From assembly GCA_964016885.1 (NCBI GenBank), contig OZ024743.1, forward strand, positions 355,756,001 through 355,820,000: DNA of 64,000 bases. The letters are read 5' to 3'. The notes under the pieces are model-generated. The model was not told the DNA's origin. It saw only the letters and a program-made list of their open reading frames with translations, and made no database searches. The position numbers were made by a program, and so were the translations under genes. This document shows positions 12,793 to 24,373 of this stretch, piece after piece (positions within the stretch are counted from its first letter, which is position 1; every line of letters begins with the position of its first letter). Source of the DNA: Eledone cirrhosa. Its lineage: Eukaryota.

Positions 12793-14598
12793 AAGGGGAA
12801 CGGCTACCTATCGGAGCCGTTCGCAATCACGCGTTCCATTCGACAGGGATGCCCTCTATCCTCCATTCTGTACGTATTGACTCTAGAGCCACTACTGCGG
12901 AAGTTGGAGCTTTTGCAGGGCATCCCTTTAGAATCAGGACTGCGAAAAGTGGCGTCCGCTTATGCTGACGACGTGACGGTAATGGTGTCGAAAACCTCGG
13001 AAATCGAGGTAATCGGCAACCTACTACAGGAATACGAAAGGTTCACAGGAGCAAAACTGAACCCGGGCAAGTCTGTCGGTTTGCAACTCGGAACGTGGGG
13101 AGGCAAACTGATGCCGTCCGACAGCGTCGTCGAACGCTGGGCGGAAGGACAGGTGAAATTGCTCGGGGTCTGGTTCAGTCCAAACCTCCAGGTGGAGAAA
13201 AACTGGAACGAGGTCATGGCCAAGGTATTTGCGCTCACCCAGAAGTGGGCAGAGTGCAAACTGTCTTTGAAAGGTCGAGCGGAGGTGGCGAACACTTTCA
13301 TAGCGTCCGTCATCTACTACCGCTTGACTGCCGTGCCTTGTCCCCGTGAATACCTCACCAAGATGGAACGCATGCTCGCTCTTCCAGTTCCTGTAGAAGA
13401 AGCAGGCTCCACTGGTGAGGAGTTCCGTCTGCTGTCAACACCCTTCCAACGGAGGGCTGGGCATGCCGTGGCTAATGATGCGCAAACATGCGCTGAGGCT
13501 ACGGCATCTTCAGATATTCCTCACCGACCAACCGGTGTGGGCACTGTTTGTGAGGCAGGTCTTCCCGCAACTTGTCTCGCTGACGGAGCTGCAGTCCTGG
13601 ATCAAGCGAAGACCGAAGAAGATGGGCGCCTGGCACATTGAATGCGCCCAGGCGCTCACAGTCCTCTGTCAAGCGGGCACAGCAATCAGTGGAGACTCCA
13701 CTTCGACATTCTATAGAGGATTAGTACTTTACAAGTGCGAGGACGTGCTCGGGGAGACTCTAGGCGTCGAAGACGACGAGCTCACCAGTCTGTTCGGTAG
13801 GACTTTCCGCCCGGGACCTATAGACAACTTCCAGAAGTCTCTGGCCTGGCAGTGCTACCGAGGAGCTCTACCTGTTCGAGATAAGATATACAGGCACGGA
13901 CGCCCCGGCAGGGATCCTTCCAAGAGGACGTGTCCAAGATGCGAGCAGGATATTGAAACCGTCTTGCACGCAATTGTACACTTCCCGGGCGTAACCGACT
14001 TTTGGAACTATGCAGAACAACTGCTGTCGCGTATGGGACAAATCCAGTTGACTGCCGAGTCCATAGTAAGGATCAAACAGCCAGCCTCTTTCAAAAACGA
14101 AAGAGAAGCGGTTTTCCTCTGTACAGTGGCTATGGTGAAAGAAGTTATATGGTGGACGAGATTGAAAGGACTGAGGACAGATGCCTTTCTCTCCGGACAA
14201 CAATTGATTCCCTTCTTTAAGTATCACTTTAGAAGAAGAATCAGAGTGGAGAGAGAGGCACTGCACCTCAGTAAATTTACTGAAAGGTGGGTGAATGAAG
14301 CGAAAATGGCCCGAGTGATTGGGCCTTCTCTGTTTATAAGCCTGTAAGTTAAAGAAGAGAGTAAAAGGAAGAAAGGAGTACTTGCACAACACGCTCCTAA
14401 AGTTGAGGGTTGTTCTATCGACGGGGTATTAAACAACCCATTTGTGGCGTCTCCCCCCCCCCCCCCTATTGGGGATTTCGATTGTTATAATTGTTGTTTG
14501 TTTTATATTTTTTTTTACTCGCCTGTATGTAAAATCCCCGGCATGTGTCTTTGTATTGTCCCCTTTTCTTGTGCGCACTTGTGGCAAATAAAGAAATA
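12793..14598 (+). mobile_element. Tx1-clade LINE, 5'-truncated copy C (RT C-terminal half plus CCHC region)
   Basis: SIRQGCPLS, AYADDVT, CPRC...ETVLHA. Frameshift near 13380. Flanked by (TATC)n on both sides. Confidence 0.93.
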
Positions 14599-14632
<34 letters not shown>

Positions 14633-14843
14633 CTTCTTCTTCTTCTTTACTTCGCCCACTTATTTCCTGAGAGAGTCGTGGGGACAGAGTCCTCAAACAC
14701 TCTTTCCAGCGGGTCCTGTCAGAAGCAACTGTCCCCAACTGATCCATCTATCTATTTATTTGTCTATATATCTTTCTACCTAACTGTTGATCTGTATTTT
14801 TGTCTGTATCTGTCAATCTACCTCTCCATCCATCCATCCTTCC

Positions 14844-14875
<32 letters not shown>

Positions 14876-15101
14876 CTCTATCAGGCGTGTGTCACTTCGC
14901 GGAGAAGTTTCCGTTAATTTATGTAAGAAAAAAAACGTGAGTTTTTAGTTAAATTTTATATCATTGTGTAACTTGACCACCCGTCTGGACCTTCAGGTGG
15001 TGGGTCAACTCATTCTCGCCCCTACAGGGGCGGAATATCCATTAAAAAAAATTTTCTCCGTCGAATCTTGGAAAATAATATTGTAAAATTTTGATTACGT
15101 T

Positions 15102-17003
15102 ATGAACGCTGCGTCCAACGATAATGGTGGTGGAGAGGCGGTAAGACTACAAAGCTCGCAGTCAACAACGTCTTCTTCACTAGATACTATAGAGATGGAA
15201 AGACAAAATGAAAATAAAAAAAACGAATTCATATCCAAACAACACAAATGACACCAAACAGCTCAATGACAACAAAAATAACAGCAAAACCAATAATGAT
15301 GATAAAAGCAACAATGATAACAACAACAAAGAAAAAAATAAAGACAACGCCAATAACACCAGCATCAAAGACAACAACAACACGAAGGAAAATACGGATG
15401 ATACCAACATCGGTGACAACAAGAATAACAACAAGAATAACAACAATAATGACAACACCACCAATACGGATTCCACAAAGAAACCAAAAATCTCCTTTGC
15501 AGAGAAAGTTCAAAAGAAAGAAGATTTGATATATCTCGACATAACAAATGCTGAACAACTTTTAAAGGACGCTAAGAGATATGTCACTTTCGAAAAAAAT
15601 GGTGCTTTCAGCATCAATTCTCCGGTAGAAATTCGCAAGGAAACTGCTCTCAAAACAATAGTTTTTAGGACAGTTTCCAATTCTACCCGAAAACCAGTCC
15701 AATTGTCACAGAAAGAAATTGAACTGGTTTTCAAAAATTCAATGAATGATATTGCATTCATTCAAAGAAGCAAACTTTTGGGGAGTATTTCGGTACTCAT
15801 GAAGGATCAATTGACGGCCCAAAATTACTGTGTCGCCAATTGTATCCAACCTGTACACCTTTTTCGCTACATACATGGGAAAAAGGACACAAAAGATCAG
15901 AAACACGAGTGTCACACCAAAGGTGAACATATGGTGGATACTGTGCGGCTTCATCAATTTTGATGAAGACAGAATACTGTCAGTAGGAAAGTCCCCCAGA
16001 GACTAGCATTGAAGTTCTGGTGCAAATGAGCCCAGAGCGAATAGCTATGATCCCACAGCGTGTACTCCTGGACGGACTCACCTACATAAACTTTTCGGTT
16101 GAGGGTAGGCGGCCTTCATGTTACCATTTCTTTAGCAGGGGTCACCTGAGGGCTTCCTGTCCTAAACTAATGAACCAAAAAAAGGCTCTTCTGCCGACAC
16201 CCATCAAAACAACACAACCACCAACACCACCACAACAACAACAACACCAACACACAAAAATAACCACAACAAACACAGTCCCACCCAACCCCACTCCACC
16301 TAAAACCACTGCAAAATCACATACAGACACAACAGCTCCCCAAGACATACCCCTCCCCAATCACACAGACGATACAACAGATGAGCCTATCTCGCCATCA
16401 CCCAGTGAAGACGAGGGAGAACCCCATCGCTCGAAAAGAAAGAAAAGACATCACAAAAGCAAAAAACCAGCAAACACTACCACAAACATACAACCACCAA
16501 CACAAACAACAAAAACATCACAAACCAAACTCCCACCTCCTGAAAACAAAATACCTACAACAAAACGAAAGCACACACAAGAACTACAGACAAAAACAAA
16601 CACAACACAAGAAAATTACACTTACACTTACATAAACACTGAAAACAAAACACTAATGGAGACCATCACTAACGACCCTTCGGTGAAAAGCGAAGGGAAA
16701 ACTTTCGCCCACTCTATTAAAAATAGCAAAAAACTGAACCTAAAACTGATTAGGGTCCCTATACAAACTTATAGGTCCCTAAAAGAAACATTTGAGAAGG
16801 ATGTGGGGAATTCCTGCGTGAAACCACTCAACCGCGTCCTTCTCAAATGCCTCCCCACCCCAGACACCCCCATCCCACCAGACCCCACCCCACCAAACAT
16901 CTGCGTCCCCACCCAACCGGAAACCACCACCCATCCAGACAACCCCTTCAACACCCCCATGGAAATCGTGCGGCCTGGTCCCCAGGAGGCGAAGGGTGAG
17001 TGA
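15102..17003 (+). pseudogene. Tx1 ORF1 (gag-like), frameshifted
   Basis: N/K/D-rich N-terminus, NFSVEGRRPSCYHFFSRGHLRASC (degenerate CCHC knuckle) and a P/T-rich C-terminus. Split over 15208-15963 and 16020-17003. Likely ATG at 15102. Confidence 0.8.
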
Positions 17004-17036
17004 TCTCTTTTCCTCTTTTAACTTTTCAGCACCAAC

Positions 17037-20000
17037 ATGGCCAATATAAGAGTTGGATGTGTGAACGTACGTGGCCTGGGGATGCCCTGGAAACAGGGCA
17101 AACTCTTAAACGACCTCAGGTCGCACAGTATGGATGTGGTAGCCATTTGCGAGTCCAGGATCCACGGCGAGCGACAGCTGGCCCCCATCTTCGATGACTT
17201 TGAGATCTACGCATCTCTCTGTCAACCGGGGGGTGGGGGCGGAGTTGCCGTTTTGCTGCGGAAACACCTGGGCCTCGTAACACAGACGGTACATCTGGAC
17301 CCGGAGGGTCGACTGGTGGTCCTAGACGTTGACGGTAGTGAAGGTGGAGCCTTCAGGCTGGTGGCCGCATATGCCCCATCCGGGACACCGCGGCCAGACT
17401 TCTTCAAACGTCTAGAGACTTTTCTGGGAACGTCCCGCTCCTTGCTTTTAGTGGGGGACTGGAATGGAATCCTAGATGCACGTTGGGACTATGTGGGAGC
17501 ATGTCCCGATAAAGGGGGGTGTAACAGTTAATCGACCGATTTGACCTGGCCGATAGATATCGACTAGATTTTCCGACTGCGCCACTGTGGACGTGGAGTA
17601 ATCGTAGCGGAACATCTAGATCGTACCTAGATAGGGTTCTAGTTAGAAATAAGGATAGGGACATGTTAAGCTGTCCACAAATGTTCATGGTTGCCTATTC
17701 AGATCACAAACTAGTGACCTGCATGGCCAACCTTGATAGAAACCATAAACAAGGACCCGGCTACTGGAAGCTGAACTTGTCGTTACCGACAAGCAAAGCC
17801 TACAGTAGACGGATTAGCACTTTAGTTAAACAGCACTTGACAGGGGCCATTGTCAACAACAGATGGTGGTACTCTCTCAAGAGAGAGTTAGATTAGACTC
17901 GATAGTTTTTAGTAAAGAATTAGCGTTAGATAGAAATAGAACCGAGAAGGAACTGGTAGATAAAGTAGAAGAGGCAATTAGAAGTGGCAACGTAGCCAGC
18001 GTGCTAGCAACGAGAACGGCCTTGGACCAGTTCTTCGACGCAAAGCACGAGGGCTGCATTGTCAGAAGCAAAATACGTGCTCTGGGAAACGAGGGAGCCA
18101 AAGCTGTTAGCTGGGCCCGAGTGACGGAGGCAAAAAGTGGCAACAAGTCCACGATTCGGTCTTTGAAGGACCAAAACGGACGCGTGATACGTGAGCCGAA
18201 GCAGATGTGTGCGGCTTTTCAGAGGCACTTTGCTCGGCTGTTCGGGGGGAGCGGCGCGCCGGGAGAGGCTATGGATTTCGGTCCATACCTCGACGGCCTA
18301 CCGCGACTCCCGGACAGCGAGGCAAAGTTCTGCGAAAAGCCGATTTCAGCCACTGAGATAGGGGACGCGCTGAGCCAATGCGGCAAACGCAAATCTCCAG
18401 GTCTCGACGGTCTACCCTACGAATTTTACGTAGCAATGCCAGACTTATTCTCCGGTCTCCTGGAAGCGGTCTACTGCAACTGGCAACAGAACGGGAGAAT
18501 TCCCAGTTCTGTAACCGGGGGCGTGGTCACACTAATCAGGAAGGACGAGAATAAGGGGGATGACATAGACAACTTCCGGCCCATAACTCTGCTAAACACA
18601 GAGTTACAGATTTTGGCCAAGGTGTTGGCAAAGAGGCTGGCGCTTCTCGTCGAGAACCTGGTGGGAGAAGCGCAGACATGCGCAATCCCGACCAGGTCCA
18701 TACACGACAACCTCCACCTCATGCGATACATCATAGAGAGGGTAGGGTGTAAACCCGGCTTCGGTGGGGCCCTGATCAACTTGGATCAGTCTAAGGCTTT
18801 CGATAGGGTTGACCATCGTTACCTGGATGCGGTGCTCGAGGCGGCAGGCTTCGGACCCGTGTTCAGGGGCTGGATTGCTGCAATGCACAACAGCAACATC
18901 TGCTCAAGGGTCAAGGTGAACGGCTACCTCTCGGAGCCGTTCCATATTACGCGATCCATTCGACAGGGATGCCCTCTCTCCTCCCTTCTGTACGTACTGA
19001 CTCTCGAGCCACTACTGCGGAAGCTGGTGCTATTGCAGGGCATCCCTCTGGAACCGGGACTGCGGAAAGCGGCGTGGGCCTACGCCGACGACGTAACAGT
19101 AATAGTGTCGAGCGCCTCGCAAATCGAGGAAGTCGGCACCTTACTGAAGAAATACGAAAGTCTCACAGGAGCGAAGCTGAACCGGGATAAGTCCATCGGT
19201 TTGCAACTCGGATCGTGGAGAGGCAGACCGATGCCTTCCGATGGCGTCGTCGGACGCTGGACGGAAGGACCGGTAAAGCTGCTCGGGGTCTGGTTTGGTC
19301 CGGACCTCCAGGTGGAGAAGAACTGGAACGAAGTGACGGCCAAGGTGTTTGCACTCACCCAGAAGTGGGCCGAGTGCAAACTATCCTTGAAAGGTCGAGC
19401 GGAGGTGGCGAACACTTTTATAGCGTCCGCCATCTACTACCGCTTGACCGTCGTGCCTAGTCCAGCCAAAACGCTCGCCAAAATGAAGCGCGTGCTCTTC
19501 CGATTCCTTTGGAAGAGGCGGGCTCCTTTGGTGAGAAGATCCATCTGCTGCCAACACCCTTCCAACGGAGGGCTGGGGGATGCCGTGGTTGACGATGCGC
19601 AAACACGCGCTCAGGCTGCGGCATCTCTATGTATTCCTCACCGGACAACCGGTGTGGGCCCCGTTCGTGAGGCGAGCCTTCCCACGACTCGTCTCTCTGA
19701 CCGAGCTGCAGCCCTGGGTCAAGCAAAGACCGAGGAAAATGGGCGACTGGCACATCGAATGTGCTCAGGCGCTCACAGCCTTCTGGCAGGCGGACCCGGC
19801 GATCAGTGGAGACTCCACTTCGTCATTCTATAGAGGGTTGGTCCGCAGCAAGTGCGACGACGCGCTCGGTGAAACTCTAGGCGTAGAGGAAGATGAACTG
19901 GCCAGTCTGTTCGGTAGGACCTTCCGCCCGGGACCGATGGACAACTTCCAAAAGTCCCTGGCCTGGCAGTGCTACCGAGGAGCTCTACCAGTTCGAGACA

Positions 20001-20464
20001 AGCTCTACAGACATGGGCGCCCGGGCAGGAACCCTGCAAAAAAGATCTGTCCGAGGTGCGTGCGAGACGAAGAAACCGTCGCGCACGCATTCATACACTG
20101 CCCGGGCGTCACTGACCTGTGGGGCTATGTAGAACGACTATTGTCGCGGGTGGGACCAATCCGGTTGACCACCGAGTCCATTGTCATGATCAAACCGCCA
20201 CCCTCCTTCAAAAACGAAGGAGAGGCGGTTTTCCTTTGTGTGATAGCTATGGCGAAAGAGGTTGTATGGTGGACAAGGTTGAAAGGGCTGAGGTTAGACA
20301 CCTTTCTCTCCGGCCAACAACTGATTCTTTTTTTCAAATACCACTTTGGAAGAAGAATCAGGGTGGAGAGAGAGGTGCTGTACCCCAGCAAGTTTTATGA
20401 AAGGTGGGTGAAAGTGGCGAGAATGGCCCGAGTGAATGGGCCTTCTCTCTATATCAGCCTGTAG
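17037..20464 (+). pseudogene. Tx1 ORF2: APE endonuclease, reverse transcriptase, C-terminal CCHC; about 3 frameshifts
   Basis: CVNVRGL, ICES, AYAPS, GDWN, YSDHK, GPGYWKLN, KSPGLDGLPYEFY, FRPITLLN, LDQSKAFDRVDH, RQGCPLS, YADD, CPRC...HAFIHC. Frame breaks near 17525, 17885 and 19575. Confidence 0.95.
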
Positions 20465-20705
20465 GTTGAGGAAAAGGAGGAGGAGAGGAAAGGAGTACAA
20501 ACTCTTCGTACTCCTGGAGATGAGGGTTGCACATTTTTTTTCGGGGGTATGTGTTACCCATATGAACTGTCTCCCCCTATTGGGGAAAATCGACTAACTT
20601 TTTTAATTCCATTTGTGATAACATTTTACACGTTTTTATTGTATGTAAACTTCCCCCTTTGTATTTGTCCCCTTCTTTTGTGCCCCTGTGGCTAATAAAG
20701 AAATA

Positions 20706-20753
<48 letters not shown>

Positions 20754-20758
20754 CATCC

Positions 20759-20797
<39 letters not shown>

Positions 20798-21341
20798 CAT
20801 CTATCTATTTATCTATCTATCTATCTATCCATCTACTATACAACAACATTGCAATATAGATGTAACAACTAATTGAATGTCTCACTTTCTAAGGCTGACT
20901 TTTCTTCCTGGGTGTATTTCAAAATACTGAACCGTGTACTCTACCGATTCAGTACTTCGGAACCCTGGTGCTTTCATATATATTTGTGTTTGTGTTTATG
21001 CATGTGGGCATGTGTGTCTTTGCCTGTGTGTTTTTCTATGTGTATGTCTGAGTGTGTATTCAGGACGATCATAATACTTATGTGTGTGTGTATGTGTGTG
21101 CGTGCGCGTGTGTGTGAGTATGTGTGTGGGGGTGGGGGTATAACGTATAAATAAACCGTGTAAATTCCGTTGGGTCAGCTAGTCTATTTTATAATAATTG
21201 TACACCCTTTATACTCGTCTGTCACGCGAATGCTACGGTCAGTCAAAAGCGTTCTAAAATTGTATGTCAACTTTATAGACGACTAAAAAATGTGGAATTG
21301 AGGTGCTTACACTCATACAAAAAATACGGGCTCTCAGTCAA

Positions 21342-21425
<84 letters not shown>

Positions 21426-21589
21426 CTCTATTTCTCTCGTCAACTAAGTCGGTCTAAAATCTTGGCAAATGGCCATACGAAGTCGAGTGTCATGCATGAA
21501 CTTGCGTTCAAGCAGTGTATTAGGGATCAGGCATTATCTAGCTATGAAGGTGTGTAATTCAGGGATTAGGGTGTTCAGTACACTATCGT

Positions 21590-22180
21590 AAGGTCCAGAG
21601 TACGATTCGTGTACGTACGATGTGTCCTTAAACCAGACATTATTCTTCACGTTGCTCCAGTCTACACAGATGGAAGAAAATTAGTATTTCCTGTAATTCA
21701 AAAGCCAGGTTTGTTGCATACTATGTCGCGCTGAATCCCCGAGACGTATTTCAAGACTAGACGTATTTGTGGAATACTCAGCCACTTGCACGTTAATTTC
21801 ATGAGCAGGCTGTGCTATTGATCAAACAACTGGAACACTCATCGTTGAAACTAATGGAGGTTCAATAGAGATTTATTTCAAAGGGTCAACCTTGTCATAC
21901 TGCGTGTCATGACGAATCTGCCCAAGTATTATTTACGTCAAGGATACGCGTGTGCGTGTGTAATGTTCAGCCACTTCCACATTACTTTCAAGAGTAGACA
22001 GTTCCGTTGATTTAATTAACTGAAACATTCATCGTTCGACGCACCTGCATTTCAAATGGCCAGCCTTGTCACAGAGGGCGTGACGCTGGATCTCCCTGAT
22101 AATTTACATTAAGGGTGCGTGTGTCTGTGAAATCTTCAACCATTTGAATTAATTGATTGAATAAACTGAAACGACGTAGG
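21590..22180 (+). mobile_element. Three tandem degenerate copies of a second SINE-like family
   Basis: Recurrent block (c)ttgtcaca...gaatctccc...cagccacttgcacgttaatttc...aactggaac. Also at about 28370-28660 (-) and about 54140-54365 (+). Confidence 0.65.
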
Positions 22181-22394
22181 TTCAAAACATTATTTACCTA
22201 GAATCCTGCTGTCTGACACAGTCGTAATTTACAACCTCGTCAACTTATCACATTCCACTGGTAATGAGTGGTGGGGACTTCAAACTTTACAGCGGTGAGT
22301 ATATTCAGTGACAGCTGTCCTTCATTCTCGTGATCAACTATTGCAAAACTATATATAGTTATATCTGCTGAACACATAGATATTATCTTTCTGA

Positions 22395-22580
22395 GGGCGG
22401 TGGATTGGCAGTATCGGTAGAGGGTCGGACGCCATGCTTTCCAGCATAGTTACGTCCCTTTACGATCTGAGTTCAAATCCTGCCGAGGTTGACTTTGCCT
22501 TTCATCCTTACGGGGTCGATAAAATAAAGTACCAGTAATGCTCTGGGTAATTGCTGGCCTTGTGCCTAAAGTAGAAACAA
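22395..22580 (+). mobile_element. tRNA-derived SINE (family 1) with 12-bp TSD
   Basis: A-box-like tggcagtatcgg, B-box gagttcaaatcc and a Nin/Deu-like core gactttgcctttcatccttacggggtcgataaa. The TSD attatctttctg is at 22382 and 22580. Confidence 0.85.
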
Positions 22581-23079
22581 TTATCTTTCTGTCTGTCTTT
22601 CTTTCTATTATCAACTATTACACGGATCCGCTAACTACATAGTTAGCGTGTCTGTGTATCATAAGGATGACAAAAGAGTTGAATCTTTTTCATTTTTGGA
22701 GCTCAGGATTGATATACCATATATACAGGAATTACCGTATATATCAACAATCATACAAACTGGTGGATTCGTGTTTTGGTAAACTAATGATTTGCATGAG
22801 AGAAACCCTATAGTTTATGTTAATTACTGCCATGAGGAAGTGATTAAAGACAATAATGATATTTCAATAATTCATTTCTAGGATATAATTACATAAGTGT
22901 TCAGGATGTACCAACAGGTTTAAATATGTAAGTAATACGGAGGAAATAACTATTACAGGGACATTGCGATTGGAAAGTGAACTTATTATTTCAGCAATAT
23001 AACAGAGGAAATGCAATGTGTGAATATGTGTATGTTTTTAGTGTGTATGTTCGTGTTTATAAATTTTAAATAGCTACAG

Positions 23080-23110
<31 letters not shown>

Positions 23111-23404
23111 AGTAAAAATTAGCGAGAATCGAATTTCAGCTCAGGAATTAACGAAAAACACTTCCGAGTTGTGCGGCAAGCGCTCGATAATTCATATGAA
23201 TTAGAGCTACAACTTACGTTAAAGGCCAAACACACTGAGATGGTGGTTAAACTAATCATCCGCACAGCGAAAAAACGACTGTCTGATTCGGGTCAAACAG
23301 ATATACAAATATAAAAATATATAAAAATATATATATGTATATATATATATATATAGGGTAACAAGTTATCGTTATAGGTAATCCAGTTAGAGGTTGTGAG
23401 GTAA

Positions 23405-23597
23405 ATAATTGTTTCTACTTTTGGCACAAGGCCACCAATTATCCCAGTGCATTACTGGTACTTTATTTTATCGACCCCGTAAGGATGAAAGGCAAAGTTA
23501 ACCTCGGCGGGATTGGAACTCAGACCATAAAGGGCCGTAACTCTATGCTGCAAGGCATGGTGTCTGACCCTCTATCGATACCGCCAATCCACCGCCC
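23405..23597 (-). mobile_element. tRNA-derived SINE (family 1)
   Basis: Reverse-complement homolog of 22395-22580. Confidence 0.85.
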
Positions 23598-23757
23598 TTA
23601 CTCAGAGGGAAATAATGTAATGGAGATCGAGTGACGCAACTTCAAGTGATTAGCGGCCTCTAGACTCACCTGATCAATGAAACAATTATCAATACCTGAA
23701 ATAAAGCCCTTTGTTGTACAGCCAACCATGCTACTCTTCATTCTTTCACTATATATT

Positions 23758-23828
<71 letters not shown>

Positions 23829-23861
23829 TATATATATAGAGAGAGAGTGAGAGAGAGAGAG

Positions 23862-24081
23862 AGAATTAGTATATTTACCAACATATGCGTACAGATGTAC
23901 ACTAATGCTAGCAAATACATAAGTTATGTCATAGTACCTAGGTGGTTCTATGCAGGGGGATGCAGAACAATTATATGAAAGACGTAAAATAAGAAAATTT
24001 TTAAAAATTAAAAATTACTTACTTAGTAAGTAAGTTAATTTTTAATTTTTAAAAATTTTCTTATTTTACGTCTTTCATATA
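23862..24081 (-). repeat. Fold-back terminus plus tail of the 38766-39590 element family
   Basis: Hairpin at about 23973-24081. The tail 23862-23972 is homologous (reverse complement) to 39466-39588. Confidence 0.8.
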
Positions 24082-24184
24082 TATATATATATATATATAT
24101 AGATATATATATATATCTGTCTGTAGCTATTTAAAATTTACAAACACGAACATACACACTAAAAACATACACATATTCACACAA

Positions 24185-24294
<110 letters not shown>

Positions 24295-24311
24295 TATATA
24301 TGTATATATAC

Positions 24312-24362
<51 letters not shown>

Positions 24363-24373
24363 TATATATGTAT

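Larger units (their letters stand above)
14881..20706 (+). mobile_element. Near full-length Tx1/L1-clade non-LTR retrotransposon (copy D) in (TATC)n
   Basis: 5' UTR, ORF1, ORF2 (APE-RT-CCHC) and a 3' UTR ending in AATAAA. (TATC)n on both sides. Confidence 0.95.

Noticed and set aside
16996-17029. GTGAGT...TTTCAG mini-intron fusing Tx1 ORF1 to ORF2
   Set aside because: It is only 34 nt, and splicing would leave ORF2 out of frame.
21155-21183. Possible Helitron 3' end (ccgtg...gggtcagCTAGt)
   Set aside because: The hairpin is weak and no matching 5' end was identified.
22395-22480. tRNA gene
   Set aside because: The A/B boxes belong to a multi-copy SINE head with body and TSD. No cloverleaf.
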